Positions 53,184-62,451 of a stretch of DNA of 64,000 bases are shown here, piece by piece. The notes beneath the pieces are model-generated. The model worked only from the letters and a program-made list of their open reading frames with translations. It ran no database searches and was not told where the DNA came from. Source of the DNA: an uncultured Planctomycetaceae bacterium (lineage in GTDB: Bacteria > Planctomycetota > Planctomycetia > Isosphaerales > Isosphaeraceae); NCBI GenBank assembly GCA_963833985.1, contig CAWIAD010000002.1:5152001-5216000 (forward strand), given 5' to 3'. Made by a program: the position numbers and the translations under genes. How positions within the stretch are numbered: the first letter of the stretch is position 1; each line of letters begins with the position of its first letter.

Positions 53184-54179
53184 ATGATTCCCCCTGACGA
53201 CAAGCCCCTGACTCCCGAGCAGGCCCGAGAGAGACTTCAGCAGGGCCTGATCGATGACCTGGCGGGCAATGATACGGTACCCGTTGTCTTCAGGCTGAAA
53301 CCGACCGGGAAGGCCAGCGAGACCTATCCGCTCAAGCTCACCCGGCTCCAGCGGGAAACACTGCTCGGGTTCACCCGATTGAACCAGGCATTGAGGAACA
53401 AGATCTTGCAGGCCGGAGAAGGCACGCAGATTGTTGGCGTGACCTGGAACGAACTGGACAAGCTGAACGATGAAACGGGAGCAGCCGCAGTATACGCCCC
53501 CAGAGTCCACAAGAATCGCCTGCTGGCGGTCCAGTCAAAGGTGATCAAGTTCTTCGAGGCGGAACACGCAGGAATCTTTGACGGGATCGTCCCGAAGACC
53601 CGCAGAAGGCGCCCCGCGAAGTCCGGGATTCTGTTCCAGTTCAGGATCACCTTGCTCGACATCAAACCGGCGATCTGGCGGCGGATTCAGGTTACCGATT
53701 GCAGGCTGCCCGATTTTCATACGCAGATCCAGGCTGCGTTCGGCTGGTGGGACTATCACTTGCACCAGTTCGAGATCAACGGCGTGCCGTTCAGCCTGCC
53801 AGACCCGGACGGGGACGATTTCGGCCAGGAATTCGAGGACGAGACGCATGTTCTTCTGAGCGACCTGCTGCCGAAGTCGACAAAGAAAACGCGGTGGATC
53901 TACGAGTATGACTTCGGTGACGGCTGGCGGCACGACGTCTTGTTCGAGGGCTTTCCCCCATTCGATCCCAACATGAAGTACCCGCTCTGCCTCGAGGGGG
54001 AGCGGGCCTGCCCACCGGAAGATTGCGGCGGGCCCTCGGGCTATGCGGATTACCTTGCCGCCATCGCTGACCCGGATCATGAGCAGCACGAGGAGATGCT
54101 GAAATGGCGAGGGCCCTTCGATCCCGCAGCGTTCGATGCGGAGCAGGCGACGGCGAAGATGAGAGAGAAGAAACCATGA
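53184..54179 (+). CDS. Plasmid pRiA4b ORF-3 family protein with N-terminal extension
   Basis: 'PAIWRRIQV', 'IQAAFGW..YHLHQF', 'YEYDFGDGWRH', 'GERACPPEDCGG', 'FDPAAFD'. Confidence 0.85.
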   Translation: MIPPDDKPLTPEQARERLQQGLIDDLAGNDTVPVVFRLKPTGKASETYPLKLTRLQRETLLGFTRLNQALRNKILQAGEGTQIVGVTWNELDKLNDETGAAAVYAPRVHKNRLLAVQSKVIKFFEAEHAGIFDGIVPKTRRRRPAKSGILFQFRITLLDIKPAIWRRIQVTDCRLPDFHTQIQAAFGWWDYHLHQFEINGVPFSLPDPDGDDFGQEFEDETHVLLSDLLPKSTKKTRWIYEYDFGDGWRHDVLFEGFPPFDPNMKYPLCLEGERACPPEDCGGPSGYADYLAAIADPDHEQHEEMLKWRGPFDPAAFDAEQATAKMREKKP

Positions 54180-54361
54180 GACAGCAGGGCCGCAAGCTGT
54201 CCGAGGTCCTCAAGGCGACGTCCGAATTGAGATTGCGGTACGCCGGCGAAGTCCCAGCTTCCGGGTCGGCATACCATGCCCTGCTCTTCGCCCATCTCGC
54301 ATGAAACGAGACCGCCAATCTCGATCAGATCCCGACAATGACTTCGCCGTGACCGGGCCGA

Positions 54362-54688
54362 TCAGGTGATCTCGATCTCGTCAAGCTCGTCGGCATCCTC
54401 GATTTCCTCGACCTCCACGCTGAAGGCCCGGATCCTGGTGCCGGGTGGCAGCTCCTCCCGGTGCTTCTGGTACTCGGCGCTGGCATCGTCCCAGTCGGTG
54501 AAGACCAGCACATAATCGGAAAGGTGCGCCAGGGTGGCAATCGGGCCAGTGTACCACCGGGAGGAGTCGTTCAGATTCGAGTCGTCGTCGATCGTCGGAA
54601 TCTTGCCATCCGGGGTGATGACCGCGAAAAAACCAAAATGTCCGTTCATGCCCCCTAAGTCCTGCATCGTGGTCGCTCCTCTGGGCAT
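54362..54688 (-). CDS. Small acidic hypothetical protein
   Basis: Non-shadow ORF with normal composition and an acidic tail; start uncertain. Confidence 0.45.
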   Translation of the reverse strand: MPRGATTMQDLGGMNGHFGFFAVITPDGKIPTIDDDSNLNDSSRWYTGPIATLAHLSDYVLVFTDWDDASAEYQKHREELPPGTRIRAFSVEVEEIEDADELDEIEIT

Positions 54689-54905
54689 TGCCCCATGGAA
54701 CCGGGCGAAACCATCACTCTACCCGATTTTCGCCGCCAGCGTTGGCCTCGGTGCGGAATCCGCATGAGTGCGACCGTCAGCCCGCCGACATCCGGGAGCG
54801 GAGCACGGCTTTCCCGAACCGGATTGCCCGAATAGACGATCGGCGATAGGGTTCGGGGGTTGGTGTCGCGGACGCGGGGACCAGGAAGGTTCCGGGGAGC
54901 TCGGG

Positions 54906-56751
54906 ATGCACGGAGGAACGGTGCGGGTGATCCGCTCGATGAACGGTCGCTGGTGGCCGGAGCTCGTGGCCGCGGTGCTCGCGGTGGGGATCTTCCTGGG
55001 GTTTCTGGGCACACTGGAGTTCTGGGGCAAGCGTGAGCAGCGGGCGGCGGCGGAGACGCTCGATACGCTCGATCAGAAGCACTGGCTGGTGGCCGAGATC
55101 CAGGGGCGGCCCCGACTGGAAAAACCGCCGTTGCCGCGGTGGACGACCGCCGCGCTCATGGCCCTCTCCGGCCGGCGTGACGAGTGGATCGTCCGGCTGC
55201 CGGGCGCCTGCGCGGGGCTGGCCACGGTGGTGCTGCTCTACCTGCTGGGAACGCGCATGGGCGGACGCGGACTGGGGCTGGCCAGCTCCATCATCCTCGG
55301 CAGCATGTGGCTGTTCATCGCCGAGCTGCGGCAGGCCGGCAACGACGGACCGCTGGCACTCTGCACCACGCTCGCACTGCACGCCGCCTGGTGCCAGCTT
55401 CACGGCAAGCCGCGCGGCGGCGCCGGCGTGGCGGAAACGCCCGCAGCCAGTTCGTCGCCATCGCGTCTTGGGGCCCTGGTCTTCTACCTGGCGCTCGGGC
55501 TCGGCTTCCTGTGCAAGGGGCCGATCATCCTGCTCGTCGTCGGGCTGACGCTGGTTCCCTACCGGATCCTCTCCGGGCAGGCGGGCGCGGGCCTGCGCAG
55601 CCTGGCCGACCTGCGAGGGCTGCTCCTCTTCCTCGGCCTGGCGCTTTGCTGGCCGCTGCCGGTGCTGCTTCGCGATCCTCATGCCCTGGGCGTGTGGGCG
55701 TTGGAGATCGGCCAGAAGACTGGCATGCTGCCGATTGTCCACCAGGGCCGTACCGTGCTCGGACTGTCACTGCCGGTTCTTGTGATGCCCTGGCCGGTGC
55801 CGGTCCTGAGCGGAGTGGTGCTTGCCTTGCTGCCACGCCGCGGAGTCTGCCTGCCGTGGCCGCGAGGCGATCTGGTTTCCCTGGTGCTGGGCGGTTGTGA
55901 ACCTGGCGGTATTCAGCACCTGGGCGGTCGCCAAGCCCAACTATTACCTGCCGTGTCTGCCAGGAGCGGCGCTGCTGGCGGGAATGGCCTGGATCCGCCT
56001 GAGCCGTGCGGCGCGCGCCACCGAGCGGCCAGTGATGGCGAAGACCGCTCTGGCGTTGCTGGGTGGCCAGTGGGTCATGATCCTGGCGGCCGGGACCCTG
56101 GCCCCGCTCCTGAGCGGCCATTCCCTGGGCGGGTTGCTGCCGGTCGCCCTCGCGGTGGTGATGGGTTCGGCCGCCTGCGCGGTCGCTGCCAGCGGGGTAC
56201 TCTGGCGGCGGGGCAAGGACGAGTTGGCGCTACTGCCAGTCCTGGCGGCCAGCGCGGTCGGGGTGCTGGTGGGCTACGGGATGCTGGCCCCTGCGGACAA
56301 CCCCGCACGCGGGCATCGCACGCTGGCGCGCGAGCTGGAGCGGCGGGTGCCGGCCAACGTGGGAACCATCCACTTCTTCCATGAGATCGACAAGGGGTTG
56401 TGGTTCTATCTGGACAGGCTCAGGCTTGCGCCCGTGCCGGGGAGCCAGCCCCGCTACAGCGAAAGCTATGACCGCATCGGTGGCCTGCTGAGCGCACCGC
56501 TGGCGTTCGACGCCCCGGCCGACCCGACCCTGCGGCGCGCCGACCGGCAAATGGCGGGGCTGGTGGACTGGCTGAAACTCCACGGTCCGGAACGACCCTA
56601 CCTGGTCCTCCGGAGCGCACTGTATGCCCGCATGGCACCTGATCTGGGCGGCAGAACCACGCTGCTCTACCAGGAGGACGGCATGAAGCGAAACACCTTG
56701 ACCTTGCTCCAGATCCACCCTTTGCAGGAAACCGGCGCACCGACCCGGTGA
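54906..56751 (+). CDS. ArnT-family (GT83/GT39-like) membrane glycosyltransferase; frameshift near 55862
   Basis: 'PRLEKPPLPRW', 'EWIVRLP', 'GFLCKGP', 'KPNYYLPCLP'. Confidence 0.8.
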
Positions 56752-57199
56752 ATCTTGCGGCCTGAAGCGGTTCGGCCGTTGGAAAGCAGCATGCCGGTGG
56801 CGTGAAGCCTGGCGGTCAGCGAAAGCACGGCATGCCAGAAATGCGGTTTGCGCCGATTGTGCGGGCCAATCATGTTATGCATTTTCTCTATTTTGCCCGA
56901 CCCTGACGACCGTCAGGATTTCCGACGTAAAGTGTTGGTACAAAACGTGAAACGAATTCAAGAGGCGGCCATTGGGGGACGATACAACGAGTGGCTCGCC
57001 ATGGAACACCACGGCGAGAACTCGGGAGCACCAAGTTGTGTGGTATCGACCGGCGGGGAGACGGCAACGTCTCGGGTCCCGGGAAGACCTGAACCAAAGG
57101 CTTGATGCCATGGACGATCGACAAGAAACAGGGTCGAGCGAAACGGCCGGCCGGAATCGCTACCCTCGATCAAACGTTAGCCAAGGAGAGTATTCTCCC

Positions 57200-57781
57200 A
57201 TGTTGAAGCCCTTGACGTTGAGCCTCAGCCTTGCCGTCGCCCTTGGGTTTTGCAGCGTGAGCATGGCAGGCGGTCATGACGGTTGTACCACCTGTGGTCT
57301 GGCCTCCCCGCAGGGCGGCCCGATGGCCAGTGCTCAGGGTCCGATCGCAACGGGTTGCGAGACCCCCTGCGCGCCCAAGAAGCACCACTTCGCCGATTTC
57401 TGCTGCAAGCTGAAGTCGGCTCTTCATCCCCCGGTCTGCTACGAGTGGGTCCTGAAGAAGAAGAAGATGTGGGGCCACCACAACAACTCCGGCTGTGAGA
57501 CCTGCGGCGCCGCTGGTGCTCCGGTCTATGCGACCGGCCAGGTTGCTCCCTCCGGCCAGGGCGGCTACGCCGCTCCGTCGGGCCAGGGTGGCTATGCCGC
57601 TCCTCAGGCCGCGCCGATCTACGGTGCTGGCCAGCACGCCTACCAGACGATGCGTCCTTCCACGACGATCGCGTCGGTTCCCGCCGAGATGACCCCGGCT
57701 GTCGCTGGCGACGAAGCTCCCCCGGCCCCGGAAGTTCGCGAGACCAGCGGCCTGCTGCTGCCGACCCCCTCGGGCAACTGA
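57200..57781 (+). CDS. Secreted Cys/Gly/Pro-rich protein with SxQ repeats
   Basis: AAGGAG RBS; signal peptide; CTTC, CETPC, CC, CETC; ASPQ/ASAQ/ATGQ/PSGQ motifs; 27-bp duplication at 57545-57598. Confidence 0.7.
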   Translation: MLKPLTLSLSLAVALGFCSVSMAGGHDGCTTCGLASPQGGPMASAQGPIATGCETPCAPKKHHFADFCCKLKSALHPPVCYEWVLKKKKMWGHHNNSGCETCGAAGAPVYATGQVAPSGQGGYAAPSGQGGYAAPQAAPIYGAGQHAYQTMRPSTTIASVPAEMTPAVAGDEAPPAPEVRETSGLLLPTPSGN

Positions 57782-57983
57782 GTGAGCCGGTCCGTCGCAG
57801 ACCTCTGTTGGAAACCTTGTGAGCCGGTTCGTGGATCCGGTTCCTGACAGGACCGGATCCCGCCGGCCGGCTGATGGCTCGGGTTGGCACGGAAGCAGTG
57901 CAGGGCAAGATGCCGCTCCCGAGCAACAAGATCCCCCTCCCACGTTGATCACCCCAGAAGTGGCGTGACCTGACATCAGCACG

Positions 57984-58026
57984 ACGGTCTCCGCAAAGCC
58001 TCGGCCTTGCGGAGACCGTTCGCTTT
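57984..58026 (+). terminator. Strong hairpin, probable terminator
   Basis: Perfect 13-bp inverted repeat acggtctccgcaa / ttgcggagaccgt followed by tcgcttt. Confidence 0.5.
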
Positions 58027-58395
58027 GGGTGAACACCGCTGCCCCCTGCCGCCGGATGCGGTTGACAGATGAGCCCCCTTATGCGTAACTCTTGCACCGC
58101 AAGAAGCGCCGGACCATGCACCCAGGGATGGGCATGCCGGAGTGGACCAGGATCGACGCGTGTGCCGGCCTCGTCGCCGTGACGGGCCCGAATGGGCGCA
58201 TCCTCGTCTCTGGGGGCGACGCTCGGGTCGCACACAGGGTCGTCCTTTCCTGGCCGTTCCCAGTCGCCGTCCCCGTGTGTGCATCGGTCTCCCGGTGACC
58301 ACGCACACAACTGGCTCGGCCACCGCGCTCAGGGTCCTGGTGAGCTGCCCTCCCTGAGGCAGGTGGAGCGGAGGCGGACGCCCGGAGGATGGTTG

Positions 58396-60071
58396 ATGGC
58401 GAGATTTGCCTGGTTGACGTCCGGTCCAGGCCTCAACAGTCTTGGCCCGCGCCTGGAGAGCTTGCGCCGGCGGGCGGCAGCGCGCAGTCCGGCTGTCCGC
58501 TGGGCGCGGCCGCCTTGTGTACCGTGGCTCTGGGACTGGCGGTGTACCTGAGCAGCGTGGCTCTTTCCACGGGGTCCAGCGTCTATCTTGGCTCCGGGCG
58601 GCGGTTCAGCCCGGAGGACCTCAGCAAGATCTCGCGCGGACTCGATCACCAGCGCCTGACCTACCGCATCGACGACCAGAGGCGGGTGGCCGTGGCAGCG
58701 GAGCAGCTCGAGCTGGCCGGTACCGCAATCAGCAAGCTCGAGCTCGGACCGAGGCCGCCGGGAGAGATTCGCGACGACCAGTCGGCCGCGTCAAGCGTCT
58801 GGGAATCGATCCACGACAAGGAGCTTCGCGAGTTCCAGGGCCGGGAGAAGATCCTCGAGTCCCTGATTGGCGACCTGCCCGGGATCGTCGGCTCGTTCGT
58901 CTGGATCAACCGGACAAAACCGCGATGGGGCCTTCAGCAGGCCGTCAAGCCGTCGGCGTTTGTCCGGCTGGAGACCGAGGGCGATCGCCAGTTGCCCTTC
59001 CGCACCGTGCAGACGCTGAGCACCATCCTGACCCGCACCGAACCGGGTCTCACCGCTGATGCGGTCACGGTCGTGGATCGCCGGGGACATACGTACCTCG
59101 ATGCTGGCAACCCGGCCCTGAGCGCGCTCTCGCATAACCGGGCGCGTGAGGAAGAGCTGAGCCAGCAGATCCTCGAGCAGCTCGACTGGATTGGCGGCGT
59201 GCGCGTCTCTGTCCAGCTTGCCGAGACGACGCGGCCGGGAACGAGCACGGTGGAGACCAGGCCCGCGGAACGGCGCCCTTCACCCGATGGGAAACCGGTT
59301 CAGAGCGCCCTTGAGCCGCCCCGCGGAGAACCGCCGTCACGGTGGAAGCCGGCCTCGGGAAGCGGACCGGAGACCAGAACTCTGGCCCCCGCCGTGGCGG
59401 TGAACCGGCCGCTGACACTCGACCCGGAGTTTCCGGCACCGGTGCCAGCACCACCGTGTGGGGCCGGCGTCACCTCGGCGACGTCGCAGCCGGCCGCGGT
59501 CCCTGCGGCAGACACTGGCCCGCCGACGATACCTCGACCCGGCGCCCGCGAGCTCACCGGCGACACCGGCGTCGTCTGGGTGCGCGTGCCGCGCAGCTAT
59601 TATTACAAGGCCGGCATCGCACTGAACCGCAGGGAACCTTCTCTGGACGAGTTTCAGAAGCTGGTCGCTCGCACCGAGGAGCAGATCAGGACCGGCATCG
59701 GGCTGGTGGTCAACCTGTCCGGGCCGCTGTCCTGGACCGCCAAGATCGACATGATCTCCGACGACGTCCCGCTGGACGCTCCGGCCGCAGTGGCGTCCCC
59801 CAGGGCAAGCCGGCGCGTCTCGATGGAATGGGCCGTCGCCGGAGCGCTCGGGGCCGTGGCAGTGGTGATGGCGGCCATCGGATCGTGGGTCCTGAGCACC
59901 CGGAGGCCGGCGCTCGCACCGGCAGCGGCCCCGCGCAACCTGCGTTTCCACGACGCATCCGCCTTCTCTCCGGGCCCCTCGGAACGGCTTCGGGAATTCG
60001 TCCGCCGGAACCCCGAGTCGGCCGTCAGCGTGCTCGAGCGCTGGACGAGCCAGGGAGGCACAGCCTCATGA
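58396..60071 (+). CDS. fliF: Divergent FliF-like M-ring protein; probable frameshift near 58506
   Basis: GGAGG then ATG at 58396 (MARFAWL...VRWA), joining ORF 58389-60071 at TM1. Ring motifs 'PSAFVRLE...EPGLTADAVTVVDRRG'; TM2; C-terminal 'LREFVRRNPESAVSVLERW'; lies next to fliG. Confidence 0.75.
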
Positions 60072-60688
60072 TCCGTACAACCTCTTCGGCGGCAGATGCG
60101 AAGCACGACCCGGCTGCCCCGGCGGCACTCCAGACGCCGGGCTCGCCGGTCCCGCCTCCGCATGACGATGGCCCGCCCGGCGCGACCATCGCCCCCTTGC
60201 GCAAGGCGGCGATTGTGCTCGTGAGCCTGGACCAGTCGCTGGCGTCCCAGTTGCTGGCACAGCTCGACCGCTCATCGGTGGAGGCGGTCACCTGGGAGAT
60301 CGCCCGGCTGGAGCGGATTGATCCGCAGGAGCAGTCGGCCGTCCTGGATGAGTTCCTGGGGCTGGGCCTGCGCCGGCTCTGCTTCGTCTTTGACGACCTG
60401 CTCCGCCTGGGCAACCCGGACATTCGCGGGGCCTATCATCAGGAAGACATCACCACCTGGGCGCTGGCTCTTGCCGGCGCGGCCCCGCTGGTGCGGGCCA
60501 AGGTGCTGCGCTCGCTCGACGCCGCCGACTCCGCGGCCCTGGAGCGTTGCCTGGAGGGCCTTGGTCCGTTCCGGCTCTCCGACGCCGAGGCCGCCCAGGC
60601 CGAGATCGCCGAGCGATTTCGCCGCCTTCACGACCGGGGCCTGATCGCCCTGCCCGACCCGAGCGGGCGTGAAGCCGTGCTGGTCTGA
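60068..60688 (+). CDS. fliG: Short FliG-like protein (N and C domains only)
   Basis: 'LRKAAIVLVSL...EIARL...AVLDEF' joined directly to 'FVFDDL...LGPFRLSDAEAAQAEI...RRL..RGLI'; 206 aa; ATGA overlap with fliF. Confidence 0.8.
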   Translation: MIRTTSSAADAKHDPAAPAALQTPGSPVPPPHDDGPPGATIAPLRKAAIVLVSLDQSLASQLLAQLDRSSVEAVTWEIARLERIDPQEQSAVLDEFLGLGLRRLCFVFDDLLRLGNPDIRGAYHQEDITTWALALAGAAPLVRAKVLRSLDAADSAALERCLEGLGPFRLSDAEAAQAEIAERFRRLHDRGLIALPDPSGREAVLV

Positions 60689-60746
60689 TGCGGCGAGCGG
60701 CAAGAACCATCCATCGGCTGCTCGACGCGACGCCGGAGACCCGGAC

Positions 60747-61229
60747 ATGAAGACCACTTGCCGCATGCAAGCTCGAAGCCTGCCGCTGTGCTCCGCTCTG
60801 CTGGCGGCTCTGCTGGCGGGCGTGCCGGCCTCCGCGGAACAGGAGCCTTTGCGCGTACCAGGGCCGTCGAGCCGGCTCGTCGGGCGCGACGGGTCCGCCT
60901 CGTCCCGGGGAACGGCTCCCCCCGCAAGCAGCGCGACGGGATGGTGGCTCGGCTCGGCGGGAATCACCCTCGTTCTGGCGGTCTGCGGGGCCCTCTGCGT
61001 GGCGGCGCGGAGGTACTTGCCACAGGCGCCTTCCGGATCGCTACGGGTCGTCGGCCGCGTCAGCCTGTCGCCCCGGCATTCCATTTACATGGTGCGGGCC
61101 GGTGAGCGGGTCTGGCTCATTGGCACCGGCAGCCAGGGTGCGCCCACCCTGCTGGGCGAGCTGACCGCGGAGGCCGCCACGCCCCGCGCGGCGACCGGGC
61201 TCGACGTCCGTCTGGGAGAGGAAGAATGA
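60747..61229 (+). CDS. fliO: FliO-like export-gate assembly protein
   Basis: TM helix then 'LRVVGRVSLSPRHSIYMVRAGERVWLIG...LLGEL'; directly before fliP. Confidence 0.8.
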   Translation: MKTTCRMQARSLPLCSALLAALLAGVPASAEQEPLRVPGPSSRLVGRDGSASSRGTAPPASSATGWWLGSAGITLVLAVCGALCVAARRYLPQAPSGSLRVVGRVSLSPRHSIYMVRAGERVWLIGTGSQGAPTLLGELTAEAATPRAATGLDVRLGEEE

Positions 61230-62146
61230 AGCGCTCCCGGCACGACAGACTGCCTCGAATCGCGGCCGCCCTGCTATGGCCACTGCTCTTGCTGGCGCTG
61301 GGAGCAGCGCCCTCCGGCGAGGCCGCGGCCCCGGCGGGCGCCCACCGCGAAGCAGTCGCCCTGCTCCCGGGCGCGGCCTTCGGCTCCGGCGCCGGCTCGG
61401 ATGCAAGCGTCTTCCGCGCGGGGGACGCTCCAGCACGGGACCTCGCGCCTGGCGGCAAGCCGCCCATTCCCGACCCGCGCGACGCCATGCGCGTCATGCC
61501 GACGATGCTCCTCTATGGGCTGATCTGGCTGGCCCCGATGGCGGCGATGATGGTCACCGCGTTCGTGCGGATCAACATCGTTCTGGTGCTCTTGCGGCAG
61601 GCCCTGGGCAGCCCGCAGATCCCGGGGAACCAGGTGCTCATGGTGCTGTCGCTGCTGCTGACCGCCCTGGTAATGCGGCCAGTGGGCGAGCAAGTCTACA
61701 CGCGAGCGATCGTTCCGTACATGGCGGGGCAGGCCACTCCGGCGCAGGCCTGGTCCGCGGGCTCAACTCCGCTCAAGACCTTCATGGTCGACCAGATCAT
61801 CAGGACCAACCACCAGGACCATCTCTGGGCGCTTTACCGTTACGCGGTGCCCTACAGTCCGGGCCAGGTTGATCCTCAGTATGCCGACGAGTTCCCTTTC
61901 CGGGTGGTGGCGCCGGCTTACATGCTCAGCGAGCTCACCACAGCGCTGGTGATCGGCTTTTATATTTACCTGCCGTTTCTGGTGATCGACCTCGTGGTCT
62001 CGGCGGTGCTGGCGGCCATGGGCTTGTACATGCTGCCGCCGTCGCTCGTGGCTATCCCGATCAAGCTGATGGCCTTCGTGCTGGCCGACGGCTGGCTGCT
62101 GGTAGCGTCGAAGCTGCTCTCAACCTTCGCCGTCGGTGGGACCTAG
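61226..62146 (+). CDS. fliP: Export gate protein FliP (SctR)
   Basis: 'TAFVRINIVLVLLRQALG..QIPGNQVL', 'PAYMLSEL', 'YLPFLVIDLVV', 'FVLADGW'. Confidence 0.95.
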   Translation: MKRSRHDRLPRIAAALLWPLLLLALGAAPSGEAAAPAGAHREAVALLPGAAFGSGAGSDASVFRAGDAPARDLAPGGKPPIPDPRDAMRVMPTMLLYGLIWLAPMAAMMVTAFVRINIVLVLLRQALGSPQIPGNQVLMVLSLLLTALVMRPVGEQVYTRAIVPYMAGQATPAQAWSAGSTPLKTFMVDQIIRTNHQDHLWALYRYAVPYSPGQVDPQYADEFPFRVVAPAYMLSELTTALVIGFYIYLPFLVIDLVVSAVLAAMGLYMLPPSLVAIPIKLMAFVLADGWLLVASKLLSTFAVGGT

Positions 62147-62180
62147 GACAGCCAGGAAAGGAAGGAGGGCCGCCCTGGAC

Positions 62181-62441
62181 ATGAATCATGCGATCGACTG
62201 GTCTCGCGAAGCCCTGCGGATGGCGCTGTTTCTTGGCGGTCCGCTGCTGGCTGTCGCCCTGCTTGCGGGGCTGGTGATCAACATCCTGCAAACCGTCACC
62301 CAGTTGCATGAGCCGGTGGTGGGGCTTGTCCCGCGGCTGGTGGCCGTGCTGCTGGTCTTGCTGGCGATCCTTCCCTGGCTGATCGGCCGCTGGGTCAGCT
62401 TCACCGTCGAGATGATCGGCTCGATTCCCGATTTGTTATGA
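62181..62441 (+). CDS. fliQ: Export gate protein FliQ (SctS)
   Basis: 'GPLLAVALLAGLVINILQTVTQLHE...VPRL...LPW'. Confidence 0.9.
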   Translation: MNHAIDWSREALRMALFLGGPLLAVALLAGLVINILQTVTQLHEPVVGLVPRLVAVLLVLLAILPWLIGRWVSFTVEMIGSIPDLL

Positions 62442-62451
62442 AACACAGGCA

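Noticed and set aside
57984..58019. cgcaaagcctcggcct resembles part of a c-di-GMP-I riboswitch upstream of the fli genes
   Set aside because: The GCAAAC/GAAA-tetraloop P2 element is missing, and the sequence is fully explained by a perfect terminator-like inverted repeat. An Rfam scan would settle it.
58062..58091. TTGACA-containing promoter for the fli operon (similar case at 9261-9291)
   Set aside because: Good -35 but no convincing -10 at 16-18 bp spacing, so not called.
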